Counted from the whole stretch's first letter, positions 20,762 to 33,510 are shown. The stretch: DNA of 62,989 nt, filler included, from Olpidium bornovanus S191 (GCA_017911155.1; 30 parts of 30 records of this genome joined end to end with filler, not necessarily neighbours in it), one strand, 5' to 3'. Numbers and translations are program-made. Notes: generated by a model not told the origin, from the letters alone.

Positions 20762-23533
20762 CCCTCTGTGACCTTGCCGGTAGCGAGCGGTTGAAAAGGA
20801 CAGGAGCGGCTGGCGTCCAACTCGCGGAGGCGCAGACCATCAACAGTTCGCTCCTTGAGCTGGGAAATGTCATTCACGCGCTGACCGATTCAAAGGTATT
20901 CGGCTGGTCTCAAGAACCCTGAGTTCTGCACACCCGCGTTGGTGTCCGCAGGCTGCGTTTTTGGATTAAGAGTTGAATCTCGCAGAGGACGCACGTACCG
21001 TTTCGCAATTCGACGTTGACGCGGCTACTGCAAGAGAGTCTGGGCGGCAACTGTCGAACATCCCTTGTGGCAAGAGCTGTTGCCGTGAAGCGGCCGCATA
21101 CTGCACTGTCATGTGGTTTCTGAGGTTAATCCTTTTCTCACAGGTGTGTGTATCGCCAGCGAGGTGCGATATCAGCGAGACGAAAGGCGCGTTGGAGTTT
21201 GGATCTCGAGCAATACATGGTAAGAGACTTGGTAACAACCGCGGAGTACATCATCTTCTGCTGCCCCGCCTGATGTCGCTACGTCTTGCGATGCGTCACG
21301 TAGTCAGGAACAATGCTCACGTCAATATTGAGGTTGATTACAAGGCCCTCTCCGAAAAGCTCACCAAAGCGATGGAAGCCAGAGGTAACCTCCAAGCGTT
21401 TAATGCCGCTGCGAAAAACGTCTGCTGACGATTGCGCGCGCGCGGATCAGGCGACGCGTGGAAAAAGAAGGAGCTCGAGCAGCTCTGTAGGATCAATGAG
21501 CTCGAGCAGGCGCTGCGAGAGGAAATGGAGAGGGGACTCGACAACAGCAACCGTTGGAGCGCCGAAAAGGACACCCTCGTCGGCCGAATCGAATTACTTC
21601 AGCAGCAGCTCCAGGCTGAGAAGGACGCCCACGAGGCCGACCGGGTCGCGTGGCAGGCGGAGAGAGAGCTGTGGGAGCAGCAGAGGGAGGCGTTCGAGGC
21701 CGCTGCGACTTCCAACGTGCGATTTGGCGAAAATATTACTGCAGTTGCCGGGCAACCTGGTGTAGGTATAATCAAACCGCCGGGAAACGATACTCCGGGA
21801 AAGTACACCAGTGACATTCTCACTACAGGGGGCTCGACCGATCTGGTGCGTTCGATGCAGGTCCAGACAACCGATCCTCCCGTCACCGAACAAATTTCAA
21901 GGGCATTCGCCATTGAAGACACCCCGCTGAATGCACACTCGCGAAATTGGGACCTTGACCTCAGTGGTCAAGCCGAATTGACAGCGCGGTTGTTGCAAAT
22001 CCAGCAAGGATTTGGGGACGGATCGCCTGTCTCGTATCAAGAAATTGCAGCAGACAGCGTGTCCGCAGCCCATAAAGAACACCCGGAAGACCCCGGTGAC
22101 ATTGCAGACGGCAATGTATCCAACGAGAATTCTGGTGCACAGTGTCAGCAAATAACCCAGATATGCGGAGCTGTTGAACAGTCTGGCGGACTAGGGCCCG
22201 AGCAAGCTACTGCAGAAATTGTCGGGGTATGGCCCGGCGGGCAAGCGGAAGCGAAAAGCGACCTTGTCGTCGGGCAGGTCGCCCTGGGTGGTCCTAATGA
22301 GTCTGCAATGGAAGCTTCTGGTCAAGCGCTCGGGCAGCCTGCTGAGCTGCAAGGACAGTCTCGCGCGTCCGTTTCCGGGCCCGACATTAATGCGGAAATT
22401 GCAGGTAACACCAGATGACTGCAGGGCGCGTCAACCGAAAACCAGAAAGGTGCTGATGCTCCCGGACTGGACGGCTTACCCGCTGGCGGCCAGATTCATC
22501 CCAGTATCCTAGCAATGGACAACCTTGGGCGCCGTCCCACTCGGTGGACCCGGACCTTGCTAACCGACAGGAGGAATGTTCGGCGGAATCGAAGCGACTT
22601 GAGCAAAATCTGGTCGAATCCCATTCGGAGGGCAGAGGGCTGCATTCACGCCGAACTGCCGAGGAGGAGACGGCTCAACCGAATGATGCGGCGGCGGCGG
22701 TGCTCGGAATTGAGACCGAGAGACAAGGAAGCGCGACGTCACCACCCTCCGGAGGCCAACAGGGGCCTACGTCAGATGCCGAATCCCAATACGGGGTGCA
22801 GATCCCCCCGGCAAAGGCCGAAGAAGCGGTTTCGCCTAGAACGGCGGCGGAAGCCTCTACCGGGCGGGAAGCCTACGTGGCAGACGGTGCCTCCGACGGG
22901 CGCATGATGACAGCGGACGCGGCCAAACCAGAAATTGACGCGGAACACCACGGGGCAAGTGACCGAGAGACAGCAGCCGCTGGACCTCAAAGAGCGCGAG
23001 CGTCGGACGCCGCCGCGGCGTCGTCGGAAAACCAGAACGGACAGCTGGGGAGTGACCCGCCCGCCGCCTCTGAGCCGGGATCGGGCATACGCTCGGGTGT
23101 AGCAACCTCGGACCGGAAAGCGGGAGACGCCGGGCAAGCAGCAGACGGAATGACTTCGGGCAGGGAAGCGGGAGACGCCGAACATGCCGCAGACGAAAGA
23201 ATCCTGGAGGGAGGAGGGGAAGACGCTGAACGGCCGCCCCCCTCGCACGGGCAGCCGAACAAATCTCTAGACGCCGGTACAAAACCTGGGAAAGTCGCAA
23301 AACCGACCTCAGGCGCAGACTCGGTCGGCGTCGGCCGGAAAGCCTGCGCGGGTTACACGTCAGAAATTGGCTCCGAAAACCCGCGGGGCGAGAACAGTGC
23401 GGGAGACGTTCACGGCAAGGAGAACAGAAACGTCTTGAGGGCGACAGCGCCGTTGGTCAAGAACGAGACGGGGGTAACTGTGGGTACGCAAACAGACCGG
23501 GTCGACGCGACGTGCCGCTGCACAATCTTTTGA
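20762..23533 (+). CDS. kinesin motor protein, 5' partial (end of motor, coiled coil, long acidic low-complexity tail)
   Basis: Motifs DLAGSER (switch II), [38 protein letters not shown] and [20 protein letters not shown]. These are followed by coiled coil ([19 protein letters not shown]...) and Ala/Ser/Asp-rich ORFs 21432-22418 and 22544-23533, linked by a probable intron. Confidence 0.9.
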
Positions 23534-23751
23534 CTTGGTGCGGATAGCGCCACATGGACACTGCGAACTCATGGCGGTCGCACACAGTGCGCTTACTATG
23601 CGCACCTGCACGAGCTTCATACTTTGACCGCGCCCACTTTCGGAGCGTCTTCCTGTTCGCACTAGGGAAATTAGCCCCATCACCCAACGACCCAGCAGAG
23701 CCATCGCGGCACCACCTTCCATTACGGATGTGTTGTTTTTTCGTTCCTTTT

Positions 23752-23797
<46 letters not shown>

Positions 23798-24134
23798 CAG
23801 ACGTCACGTCCACAGCGTGACAGCATAACCTACGTAGATGCTTTTACCGCGGGCTGGCGAGCACCGGTGCTTCACTCCCGCGTCAGTGTCGAACCCGCGT
23901 TGATCTCGATCGTCCGCACCCATTTCGACGCGTTGCGGAGCAGGCTCAGTAGAAAAGCCGAGCGTGATGGAAAAAAAAAAATTAAAATTCACCACCGCAC
24001 ACGTGAAGCTTGGATGACGATGCCCAAGACGGTCATCGGGAAAGTTCGGCGGCGGGATAATAAGGGTCGGGGACTGATTCTTGCCGCCCGATGCGCGGCC
24101 AAGCGGCAGGCAGACATCGATCAGGTTGTAGGAT

Positions 24135-24548
24135 CTAGAAGCCCCGCGGCGGGACCGAAGGCAACCTGCTAGATACTTCCCTGGCCGCCTTCTGCTGCTT
24201 TCGTTTCCGCTGCTCGGCCTCACGCAAATAAAATATGTTCCTGTCCAGCCTGTAACGGCGCGGACCCGACGGCGCGGGCGCGGGCGCCGGCGCCGGCTGT
24301 TGCTGCTTAGTTCTGTCAGCGGCCTCATCGTTAGTCCCTTCCGCCTTCACCCTGTGGTCGTAGTCCGGTGCAACCTGCGGCTTCTTTTCCGCGGCGGCGG
24401 CGGCGGCGGGTTCCTCCTTCGGCGGCGCTGGGTTCTGCTTGGCTACGGCGGCGGCAGGCGGCTGAGGAGTGTTCAAGCACGTCGCGAAGTCCGGGTCGGC
24501 GATGTGGCTGACGCAGACGTAAAACCAGTCGGAATCGTCGGCAGTGGT
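24135..24548 (-). CDS. VFA1: Vps4-associated protein VFA1-like, last exon
   Basis: TTADDSDWFYVCVSHIADPDFAT matches the VFA1 D-F/W-FY-x-C-x2-H-x2-D-x2-FA pattern. The C-terminus RYRLDRNIFYLRE...RLPSVPPRGF* also fits. Confidence 0.75.
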   Translation of the reverse strand, partial: TTADDSDWFYVCVSHIADPDFATCLNTPQPPAAAVAKQNPAPPKEEPAAAAAAEKKPQVAPDYDHRVKAEGTNDEAADRTKQQQPAPAPAPAPSGPRRYRLDRNIFYLREAEQRKRKQQKAAREVSSRLPSVPPRGF

Positions 24549-24769
24549 CTGCGAAGGATTACACGGTCCAGAAGATTGGCCCCCGGCGCCCGACCATCCC
24601 CGGCCCGGCCCCGGCCCCGACCCCGCCCCCCCCCCCCCCCCCCCGNNNNNNNNNNNNNNNNNNNNNNNNNNNNNNNNNNNNNNNNNNNNTTAATTAATTA
24701 ANNNNNNNNNNNNNNNNNNNNNNNNNNNNNNNNNNNNNNNNNNNNAACACAAAAAAAATCCAGTACCGG

Positions 24770-26543
24770 TTAGAACTTGAACTCCTTCCCCTTCTTGTCC
24801 TTGCCCTTTGCCTCCTCAATCCTTTTTCTCTTCTTCGCCTGCTTGCCGGCGTGCTCCGCGACCATGTCCGAGAGGTCCTCCCTGTCTGCCGGCGCGCCGC
24901 CGGGACCGGCCACACTCGCCGCGGCCGCGGCGGCATCGTACTTCTCGCGCAGCGCCTCTTCGTCCAGGTTATCCAGGTCCGAAGGCTCGAGGGCGACGTC
25001 GACGCCGGCGCCGAGTTTCCTCTTCGCCCCCTTGTGCGGCGCAGTCGAAGACGGCGCGGCTGCGTGTACGGCGGCGGCAGCAACGTTCGAAAGGTCGTAC
25101 GAGTGCTGCGAGCCCATGAAACCGGAAATGCTGGTCTGGCGTTCCGGCAGCACCTGGTAAAGCTGTTTGGGCTCTTCGTTTTCCGCACTGGATTGGGCTC
25201 CAGGCCGTCAGGATATACAGATGCACAGACGCGAGTTGCAGGTCGCCAAAGCATGCAGACGCTACCCCTGGCGGGAATTTCCCAGGCATAACTCCCTCTA
25301 CTCACCGTCTAACCTCCTTGCGAAGCTCGATGAACTCCGGGGTTTCCAGTCCGCTGGGGACGCTGGAAATACCACTCGGGGTGACCAGTCCTTCCCGGAG
25401 CTCCTCCTCCGGTGCGGCGGCCTTGCCCTCTTCCTGCTCTTCACGCCTCTCTTCCTCTTCCTCATCTTCCTCCTCTTCTGTATACCAGTCCGACCGTGCA
25501 CGTCACAGCTAGCAGTTAATGCTTGCCCTGCATACACCTTGTGCTCACCGTCCACGCATACCTTCTTCAGACTCGGACTCCAACTCTCCCCAGAGGTCCT
25601 TCTCGACGGGCACCATTGTATCCGGCGAAGCCATCTGCTCCTGAGCGGCGATTCCAAACACGTCGCCGTACAGCGGACGGTTGTACTAGAGCCAAAGCCA
25701 GCAAATACGCATTAGGAGTCAAACGCCCGTCTTTCCGCCATCAACGAAGCACCTACGTACCTCGTCCACTGGCGGCTTGCCCCAACCTCCGGGATGGTAA
25801 CCCCATTGTGCACTAAAACCGACATGCACGTGCTCCGTGAGTTCGCCGACAGTTTTGTCATTCTGCAGTGAAGCGCGTTCGGCGGAGGTGGAGGGGGGAA
25901 AGGACCATCCTCCTCGTACCCTTCCGGAATCGGTGCGTTCAGACCGGGAATTTTCAAACTTGGGTAACTTGGAGGTGGGCCGTAGCGCTGCATGTTAATC
26001 AGCCAAGGCGGTGGTGCCAATGGGGGAATATTCAAAGCGGTAACCAGCTCCTCGGAGAGGTCGCCAGGTTTCCGCTCTTTCAGTTTCGTCTCGAACTCCT
26101 TCCCTTCGTAGTATCTTCAAATATTTCCTCGTTAACAAATCCGAAATCTCCGTAAATCTGCCATCAAACAGAGACCATGCAAAAAAAAACTCACAGCTCT
26201 CCGTGAACGGTCAACTTTGGCTTAGTCTGATACCTGAAAAAAGCGTCATGGAGCTTCTGGTAATCGATGTCAATCTTGCCCAATTTTGGGGCCATGCGCT
26301 CACGCATCTTGGCCTTAAGCTTCTGGGCATCCTCCTTCTCCTTCACTGCCGACCGTATTTCCATAATGCCCGTGTCCTTGATGAAGTCGGGCAGTTCAAA
26401 CGGCGGTTTCTCAATGCCTCGCTTGTTTTGCAGATACTTTCGCTTCTGACTCCAATGCTGGGGAACCGGGACAGTGTTGCGATACGACTTGAGGTATACA
26501 AGGAGTTTTGGGTCCTGCGCCGTAACATCGACCCACTGGCATG
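24770..26543 (-). CDS. CUS1: U2 snRNP splicing factor SF3B2/SAP145, 5' partial
   Basis: Segments WVDVTAQDPKLLVYLKSYRNTVPVPQHWSQKRKYLQNKRGIEKPPFELPDFIKDTGI, KIDIDYQKLHDAFF, the PSP domain PPPWLINMQRYGPPPSYPSLKIPGLNAPIPEG, and the C-terminus DLSDMVAEHAGKQAKKRK...KEFKF*. Confidence 0.97.
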
Positions 26544-27760
26544 NNNNNNNNNNNNNNNNNNNNNNNNNNNNNNNNNNNNNNNNNNNNTTAATTAATTAAN
26601 NNNNNNNNNNNNNNNNNNNNNNNNNNNNNNNNNNNNNNNNNNNCATGTGCGCGGCAGCTTTCGAGCGTGCAAACCACCGCACTAACGTTCCAGGTCGGCC
26701 AGGAAAAAGAAAAAAATTTTTTGCCGTCGTCGTAAAGATTCTGTTTGGCCCAAGGCAATGTTTTCACTAAACTGAGGGGGGGAACCAGGGGGCCGGAAAA
26801 CATTGGACGGTTATTCGCGGAAAAAAAAAAGCGCTTAAATCGGCGCGTGGAACCCAGGGCTTACGACAGCTCGGCGCGGCGGCCACGGAAGAGGCCTCCC
26901 AGCAATTCGCTGGGAGCGCGATCCAAGGATAGCTCGTTTGGCCGACGGCTCACGGAAGCCAAACATTGCTCGCGGTCCCGCCGCGCGGGAGAATTTGGCT
27001 TATCGCCTCTGGGCGGGTGGTGACACTGACGAGCACCATCGCCATCGCTCGGCGTTGCCGTTTGTGGACGAGCCCCGCAAACACTGCGGAGCCCAGCGGA
27101 CCGCAGGGGCAGCACCGTGGACACCACCCCCCCCCGCACCCCCCAGACCACCAGAAAACCCGCCGGACCCATCGGTAGACCGATATGGGGGGGGGGGGAG
27201 GGAGCAGTCGACGAGCGAGACGGGGAAGGGAGGGGTGTGGACGAGAGGCGGGGAGTAGACGGGCGCGACGGGGGGCGGGCGGAACGAGACGGAAGGGCGG
27301 GTGGGCGGGGGTCAAGTGGCGGTGGAGGGAGGCGGAGGTGAAGACCGGAGGGCGCGGGGAGGAGGGTGGAAACAGTCGGACGAAAAAAAAAAAACGATAA
27401 AAAAAAAAAGAAAATGCCGTGTGGGTGCGACAACCGCGGGCGGTCGGTTGCTACGCAGCTGAGAAACCCCGGGGTGGCCCTGGAAACCGGCGGCGCATCA
27501 CAACCCGGTCCCGTCCCCGTCCCGGACCCCGCCGACCGCTTTGTCCTCCGCACGCCCCACCGGCCCCGCCGCCGCCGAGCCGGCCGGGAATTGGCACGAG
27601 GCCAGGAGGGGTTTTGTGTTTGTTCACCCCACCACCCCACCCACTTCTCCCCTCCTCTCCTCTTCCTTACCCCGCTCGTTCCTGGCGAGAAGGAAAAAAC
27701 ATTTTGCAACCCAAAAGGGCAGCGCGGTGGTCAAACGGAAGGCAAAAAAAAAAAAAAAAA

Positions 27761-28473
27761 ATGTCGGAGGAACAAGGGGCGCCCGAGTTCCCGCGCCTGG
27801 CGGCGGACTCGGCGCAAAGTGCCGCGATGACGATGACGCGAAGCCCGGCGGCAGGCTGCGACCGGCTGCCGGTGGTCGACGCCGCCGGGCTCGACATCGA
27901 CGAGCTGCCCCTGGACGACGAGGAGCCCTTCCTGCTGGAGACCTTCAGGTCGCTCATCGAGGCCCACGCAAGGGTGGGCAAGCGGCTGATCCTCGCGCGG
28001 GTGGTGGTGACGGCTTCGGCCGCGGACGAGGCGAGGGCGAGCGCGGAGGACGGCGGCGGCGGCGGCGGCAGGGCGCCGCCGGAGGATAATGCGGGAAACG
28101 CCCCGCCGCCGGCGAAGCCGCACTACTACGCGGCGCACCAGATCAACAAGGTTATCTTCCGGAAGGCCGGTAAATCGTGGATCTTTCGGCTCTACGCGCG
28201 GGACCCGCTAACCAATCTAGAGGTCTGGCCACCCGTTTTCTTGCGGGGGTATGTTTCGGGAACGCAGGAAGGGAGCGGGGAGGAAGGATGGGGAGAGGAA
28301 GAGAGAGAGAGAAAGAGAGAGGGAGAGAGAGAGGGGGGGGGGAGGGGAAGCGGGAAGAGCAAGGAGAGCGACGCTTGTGACCGGGCGTGGCGGGACAATC
28401 CCGCTTTCCGTTCCGCATCGCAACACCCTTCGCAATCGAACGCAGATTCTCGGGGACGTGAGCTATTTCATGG
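27761..28473 (+). CDS. conserved hypothetical protein, DUF5092-like, 3' partial
   Basis: Exons 27761-28222 and 28446-28473 contain DEEPFLLETFRSLIEAH..GKRLILARV and HYYAAHQINKVIFR...RDPLTNLE/ILGDVSYF. The DUF5092 label is recalled from the motif, not searched. Confidence 0.6.
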
Positions 28474-28573
28474 NNNNNNNNNNNNNNNNNNNNNNNNNNN
28501 NNNNNNNNNNNNNNNNNTTAATTAATTAANNNNNNNNNNNNNNNNNNNNNNNNNNNNNNNNNNNNNNNNNNNN

Positions 28574-29249
28574 CCATGACGGCCTGTTCGTCTCTTCCAG
28601 TGGCGCAATTGCCAGACGTGCTCCGCGTCGGGCTGAGGTAAAGTCTTCCATAATGCGGGGGGAAACAAGAACGAGTGAACGCTCCGAGCGCGCACTTGCC
28701 CGCGGGCACTTTTTTATAAGCGACGTAGGACAGCACTTGCCGGCAGCCCCACTTCCTTCTCAAAGGCAAGCTGGGGCAGCAAAGGCTTGACTAGACCTTG
28801 TGCTTGTCCGCGTGTCTCCCTCCGCTGCGCGCCGACGAATGGCGCGCTCGCTCTCCTGTTACTCTCTGCCCTTTGCCTGAGCGCGTCGCGGCTTTCCTAT
28901 CCTGTGTAGCGCTGACAGACGGCGCGGCTACGTGGATCCTGTCCTGTGCGCACTCGCGTTCCTGGCGTTTGCGCGCGTCAACGGATGGCGGCGCTCTTCT
29001 GCTGCTGCGGTGCCGACAGACGGATCGGCTCGGCTCTCCTGCGGTGCCGATAAACGGCGCGGAAGGAGGGTTTGGCGTTCACGGGCAAGGCAGTTCCGTT
29101 GGGCTCATAACCTGTCAACGCCCTCTCTTTATTCTGCGTTTGGAGTGCGTGTAGCCGGGACGGGGGAAGGAAACGCGGAGGAAGGTGTGCAGACTACGGC
29201 AACCATAACACATTTGCGTGACCAGCTGCTGGACCCCGAGCTCCGCCAT
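28574..29249 (-). CDS. hypothetical multi-exon gene, unassigned
   Basis: ATG 29249 opens MAELGVQQLVTQMCYGC with a GT donor. Further open segments are YEPNGTALPVNAKPSF and LVKPLLPQLAFEKEVGLP. The model is incomplete. Confidence 0.3.
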
Positions 29250-31419
29250 TGAAGCAGCGTACGCGCGAACGTGACCGAAACTGACCGATTACCGTGCACG
29301 GGGGCCGGTCGGGATCGACGGGTAGGCAAAGGTAAGCTGGTTTCGGGCTCGCAGGGAGCGCCGGCGTTGCGGGGCGCGTCACTTCACTCTGACAGCCTTC
29401 GCTGGAGCGCCCGAACCAATGCCCGCAGACGCAGTGATCGAGAAGCGAGCCGAAATGAGAAAGAGACAAGCGGATCGAGAGCGGTGCCCACGCGACGGTC
29501 AGTAAAGCCAAACGCGGGTGACGGACGGTTGAAGCAAAAGACGATGGTGCCCGACGGCTGACATTACGCGCGAAGCGCCGAGTTTATTCTTCGAAAAAAA
29601 AGGGGGGGTGGGTTACGCGCTTGCCTTTTACAGTTTCGAGTACGGCCCCCTTTTTTACTCAACTGGGGAAGAGGGGGGGGGGGGGGGGGGAGAAAAAAAA
29701 AAAAAAAAGAGAGGGGGGGGGGGGGGGGGGGGAGGGGGGGAGGGGGGGGGGGGGAGCGGGGGACGAAGCTCCGGGTGCAACCAGAAGTAGCGGTGATAGA
29801 AGTAGCTGATAATTCCGGTGCCGCCGCCAATCCCGCTAAGTCTACGCCTCCNNNNNNNNNNNNNNNNNNNNNNNNNNNNNNNNNNNNNNNNNNNNTTAAT
29901 TAATTAANNNNNNNNNNNNNNNNNNNNNNNNNNNNNNNNNNNNNNNNNNNNAGAGAGAAGGACGGAAGAGGGGCCAAAACTGATCAGTATAGTCTGCGAA
30001 GTACGTGTGTTACATCCGGTCGAAAAGGTGACGGCAGATTTGAGCAACCTGCCCCGGCCGACGAAACGCATGCGGGGGAGGGGGGTAACTGTGCAGACTC
30101 GGCAGCAAAAACCGTGAAGCCGAGCCGTTAAGCCGCGCTTTTCCTGGTGCATGCTCGGCGCGTTGCTTGCCGCCGGTGACGGAGCCGTTCGGGTTTGCGA
30201 GGACACCCGCCGGGCAACGTGAGCGAACTCGCCGCAGGGACGGGAAATCGTCAAGAGTGGGATCAACGCTCCACGAGATTTTCCAATTGCACATTCGGGC
30301 TGAAAACCGCGTGACGGGGGGGCTGGGTGTGTGTGGGAAAGCGGGTTGTCGGCGAATCAGGCCAACAAAAAAAAAAAAAAAAAAAAAAAAAATCCATCCC
30401 AGGAGCGGCTGCGCATTTTGGAATGCAACAAGCGGAAGCGTCGGCCAAACCCGTTGTACCAGTGGCTAGCAGCTCACGCGGCGACAGATAACCCCCCCCC
30501 CAATTTTGTACCAGCTCATTTTGTACCCCGCTGGCGTGATGTTGATTTCGTGCCAGCGTCAATATCAGCGTTGAGGGGAAGGGGGGACGGTGTGGGGAAG
30601 AGAAGACGGAGAGTGTAAAACTCGACTGGGCAAGATGATTTGGGTTTTTGTGGAAAAGAGAGAGAGCATCCGCTTTTGGTCTGACCGATGGTTTTCTGGT
30701 TCGACAAATTTTACCTGCCTCATCAAGACCGTCTGACGTATGGCGGGGAAGGTGAGGCCTTCAGGTCCTTGAACAGCGCCCGAAGTCGAAGTTTCTGGGA
30801 ATTGGAGGCGCCATTGGACGCCAGATCATTTTTGCAATCTCGAGTAATGTAAATGGAAAAACTGCAATGCAGGGTGAAAGATAGTTGACTTTCCAGCCGT
30901 CGCGCGAAAACGACCGCGGAAAAGTTTCACGCTGTTTCTCCAAAGGCTGACGGACCAGCAGTAAGAAAGAATACGGCCCCAATGTGTGCGCCGCACGCAA
31001 CCACCTTATAGGGTCCCCCCCCTCCTCCCCCCCTTCCACACCCCCCTTCGGAAAGAACCCAGAATCGCAAACGGGTGCTTTTTTTATAAAACAGGAAATC
31101 GTGTCGTCTTAATGTAGAGGTTTGGCGCTTTAATCATACGATATGCAAATTATGGAGTCTTGATCCCCTTGCTGCGCCCCGGCCTCCCCTTCCGCAAGCA
31201 TGTACAGCGTGTTCCCTGTTGTGACAAGGAGCTCGAGAGAGCGTATCCGGTCTTTCTTGACCTCTGGGGAGGCAAGTAATTTTCGGGATTTAACGTTTCG
31301 GAGAGAGAACGATCACGGCNNNNNNNNNNNNNNNNNNNNNNNNNNNNNNNNNNNNNNNNNNNNTTAATTAATTAANNNNNNNNNNNNNNNNNNNNNNNNN
31401 NNNNNNNNNNNNNNNNNNN

Positions 31420-32160
31420 ATTTCGTTCTGCGAGAGAAAACCTTGAAGTCCGCGTTGTGAGTCAAGGTCTGTGTTCTGAAACGACAAGAGGGTCAGCTCT
31501 TTCACGGAATTTCCTCTCTGGAGGACGCGAATTCTCAACCGCGAAAGCGTACACGGCGGGCACTCGCTGGTCGAAACCGTAAACGGCGAGGCCAGGGGCT
31601 TTCTGGACGAACTCAGCGTTTCCGCCTGCGTGGTCACTGTGCGGCGATACGAGCCAAGAGCTCGTGGTCAGAAAGCCAGCTTGCTCGCCATAACTGCAGC
31701 TGGTGGAGCCGATGCTGAAAACCATTTTCCCATTTATTAGACAGAACAGCGTGTACTAACTGGTGGTGGTGGGTAGTCATTATGGCGCAAACGTCTGCGC
31801 CGGCAGCCTTTACGGCAGCAAGGACCTTATTCGGCTCGACCGGATCAACTACGGCCGCTGGATAATAGTGAAAATCAGGTTTACGGCGCGGAACGTGGTC
31901 AGACGCGCCGCGTCCGCCGGAAGAACCAGGCAAAGAGGCGTGGACCAAAGTACCCTTGTTTGTCTTTTTGCAGTGCAACAAGTAGCCTGGGGAGAACGAA
32001 ATGTGAGGCTTTTCTTGCGTTGGCCAGCCGAACTGCGCGATCTGCGCGACACACGCGCGGGGAGATCCAGGTCACGGCGTTCCGCCGGTGCACAAAAGGA
32101 CCCTACGCTGCCCACTCAACCGTAGTTGTCCTGCAAACAGGGGATAGGCGTAATCTCCAT
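31420..32160 (-). CDS. GLO2: hydroxyacylglutathione hydrolase (glyoxalase II), 3' partial
   Basis: Exons 32160-32121, 31986-31954, 31857-31761 and from 31636 give MEITPIPCLQDNYGYLLHCKKTNKAAVVDPVEPNKVLAAVKAAGADVCAIMTTHHHHDHAGGN. This has the metallo-beta-lactamase THxHxDH motif plus the glyoxalase II DNY and DHAGGN motifs. Confidence 0.92.
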
Positions 32161-32678
32161 GACTCGTTGCGCGGAAGCGGACGCTTGGCGCGCTAACAAT
32201 TCCACTCGACGGGCGAGTCCGACGGACTGTGCCAAAGATGTGACAGACAAGGGAAGGGAACGAAGTCTCCTGGCGACGGAAACGGCGACCGGCGGGTGGA
32301 GCTTTCCGCGGGCAGGGGGACGACGTCCAAGAGCGCTTAGTTACAAAGAACGGGAAGCGACCGGCACCACGGGACACGTCACCGGTCGCAGGTTGACCAA
32401 GCCGGACGGCCTGCGCAACACAGGCGCGCACCATTCGGCGACGTCGAACGACGCCGAGGCGGAGGGCGAGGACGTGAAGGGCTCGGTGCTGTAGCACACA
32501 GGGCAAAAACCTGAGCCAAACTGCAACCCGGTGGCTTGGCGGCGGGAACGAGATTCGCAGTTAATGGCACGTGACCGTGTGGCGTTCTTTCATTATTCTC
32601 GTCTTGGAACCCCACTTCTTCCCCCCTTCACTTCCTCCAGCCAGCCTTGTCACGCTCACACCACGCAGACGGACAACC

Positions 32679-33155
32679 ATGAACAAGAGGTCGGCCTGCC
32701 TGTGCGAGGTGTGCGGGCAGGGGGCCGCGAAGTACAAGTGCCCGACCTGCACCGCCGCCTAGTGAGTCGGGGAGGGAAAGGCGACCAGTCGCGCGGCGGT
32801 GCAGGTGCTGCTCCGCGGCAACATGCTGGACCGCCGCTGTTGCGCCCCAAGCACCACCAGTCTGTAACAGCATCCTTGCCGGTGCTTTTGTCCGCTGCTT
32901 CGCGAAAATCTCGCATTGCGCGCACTCACGCATCCACCGCCCTGTTTTGCGCCGTTGTTGATATCTCGTGAAGCTGCTCGGTTCCCTGTTACAAGCGACA
33001 CAAAGGTATCGCTTTGCGGGCTATTGTCCTCACGACGGTCGCTTCTACGTCCAAGTTTTCGCAACCGAACCTATCCTGCTGACCGCACGCGCTGCTCTGC
33101 TTTCCGTGCCAGAAACCCCGTGTTCCTCGCATAATCCCAAAGGTGCAATTTCATG
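32679..33155 (+). CDS. zf-HIT zinc-finger protein (Hit1/ZNHIT3-like), 3' partial
   Basis: Exons 32679-32761, 32974-33005 and 33113-33155 give CEVCGQGAAKYKCPTCTAAYCSVPCYKRHKETPC, the HIT-type C-x2-C...KY-x-CP-x-C...YCS-x2-C-x3-H pattern. Confidence 0.9.
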
Positions 33156-33276
33156 NNNNNNNNNNNNNNNNNNNNNNNNNNNNNNNNNNNNNNNNNNNNT
33201 TAATTAATTAANNNNNNNNNNNNNNNNNNNNNNNNNNNNNNNNNNNNNNNNNNNNCCCGCGTGGGGTGCTGGGGGA

Positions 33277-33510
33277 AGGGGGAAGCTCTTCGATTGGCGG
33301 GCTTCAAGGAGGGAAGGGGGAGAGCTCTTTGATTGGCTGGCTTCGAGGGGGATTATTCTATTGGTCGGCCCCCGGGTTCGGGGGCCGTCCTGCCCTCGAT
33401 CCCGCCTCTGCTTCCGCCCTTCGACCACCTCTCGCCCTTCACCCTTCGCCCTTCGCCCGCCGCCCTTCACCCGACGCCCTTCGCCCGCCGCCCTTCGCCT
33501 GCCACCCGCC
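33277..33510. repeat. short tandem arrays: about 35-bp units each containing ATTGG, then 7-bp CGCCCTT units
   Basis: GGAAGGGGGA(G)AGCTCTT(C/T)GATTGGC(G/T)GGCTTC occurs twice plus a third ATTGG at 33277-33365. A degenerate CGCCCTT/CACCCTT array follows at about 33415-33510. Confidence 0.7.

Noticed and set aside
26644-27400. Minus-strand gene divergent from the DUF5092-like gene
   Set aside because: One GTAAGC donor-like site and a GC-rich open frame, but no recognisable product.
29952-31319. Gene on this contig
   Set aside because: There are several short open segments, but no motif or consistent exon chain I can support.
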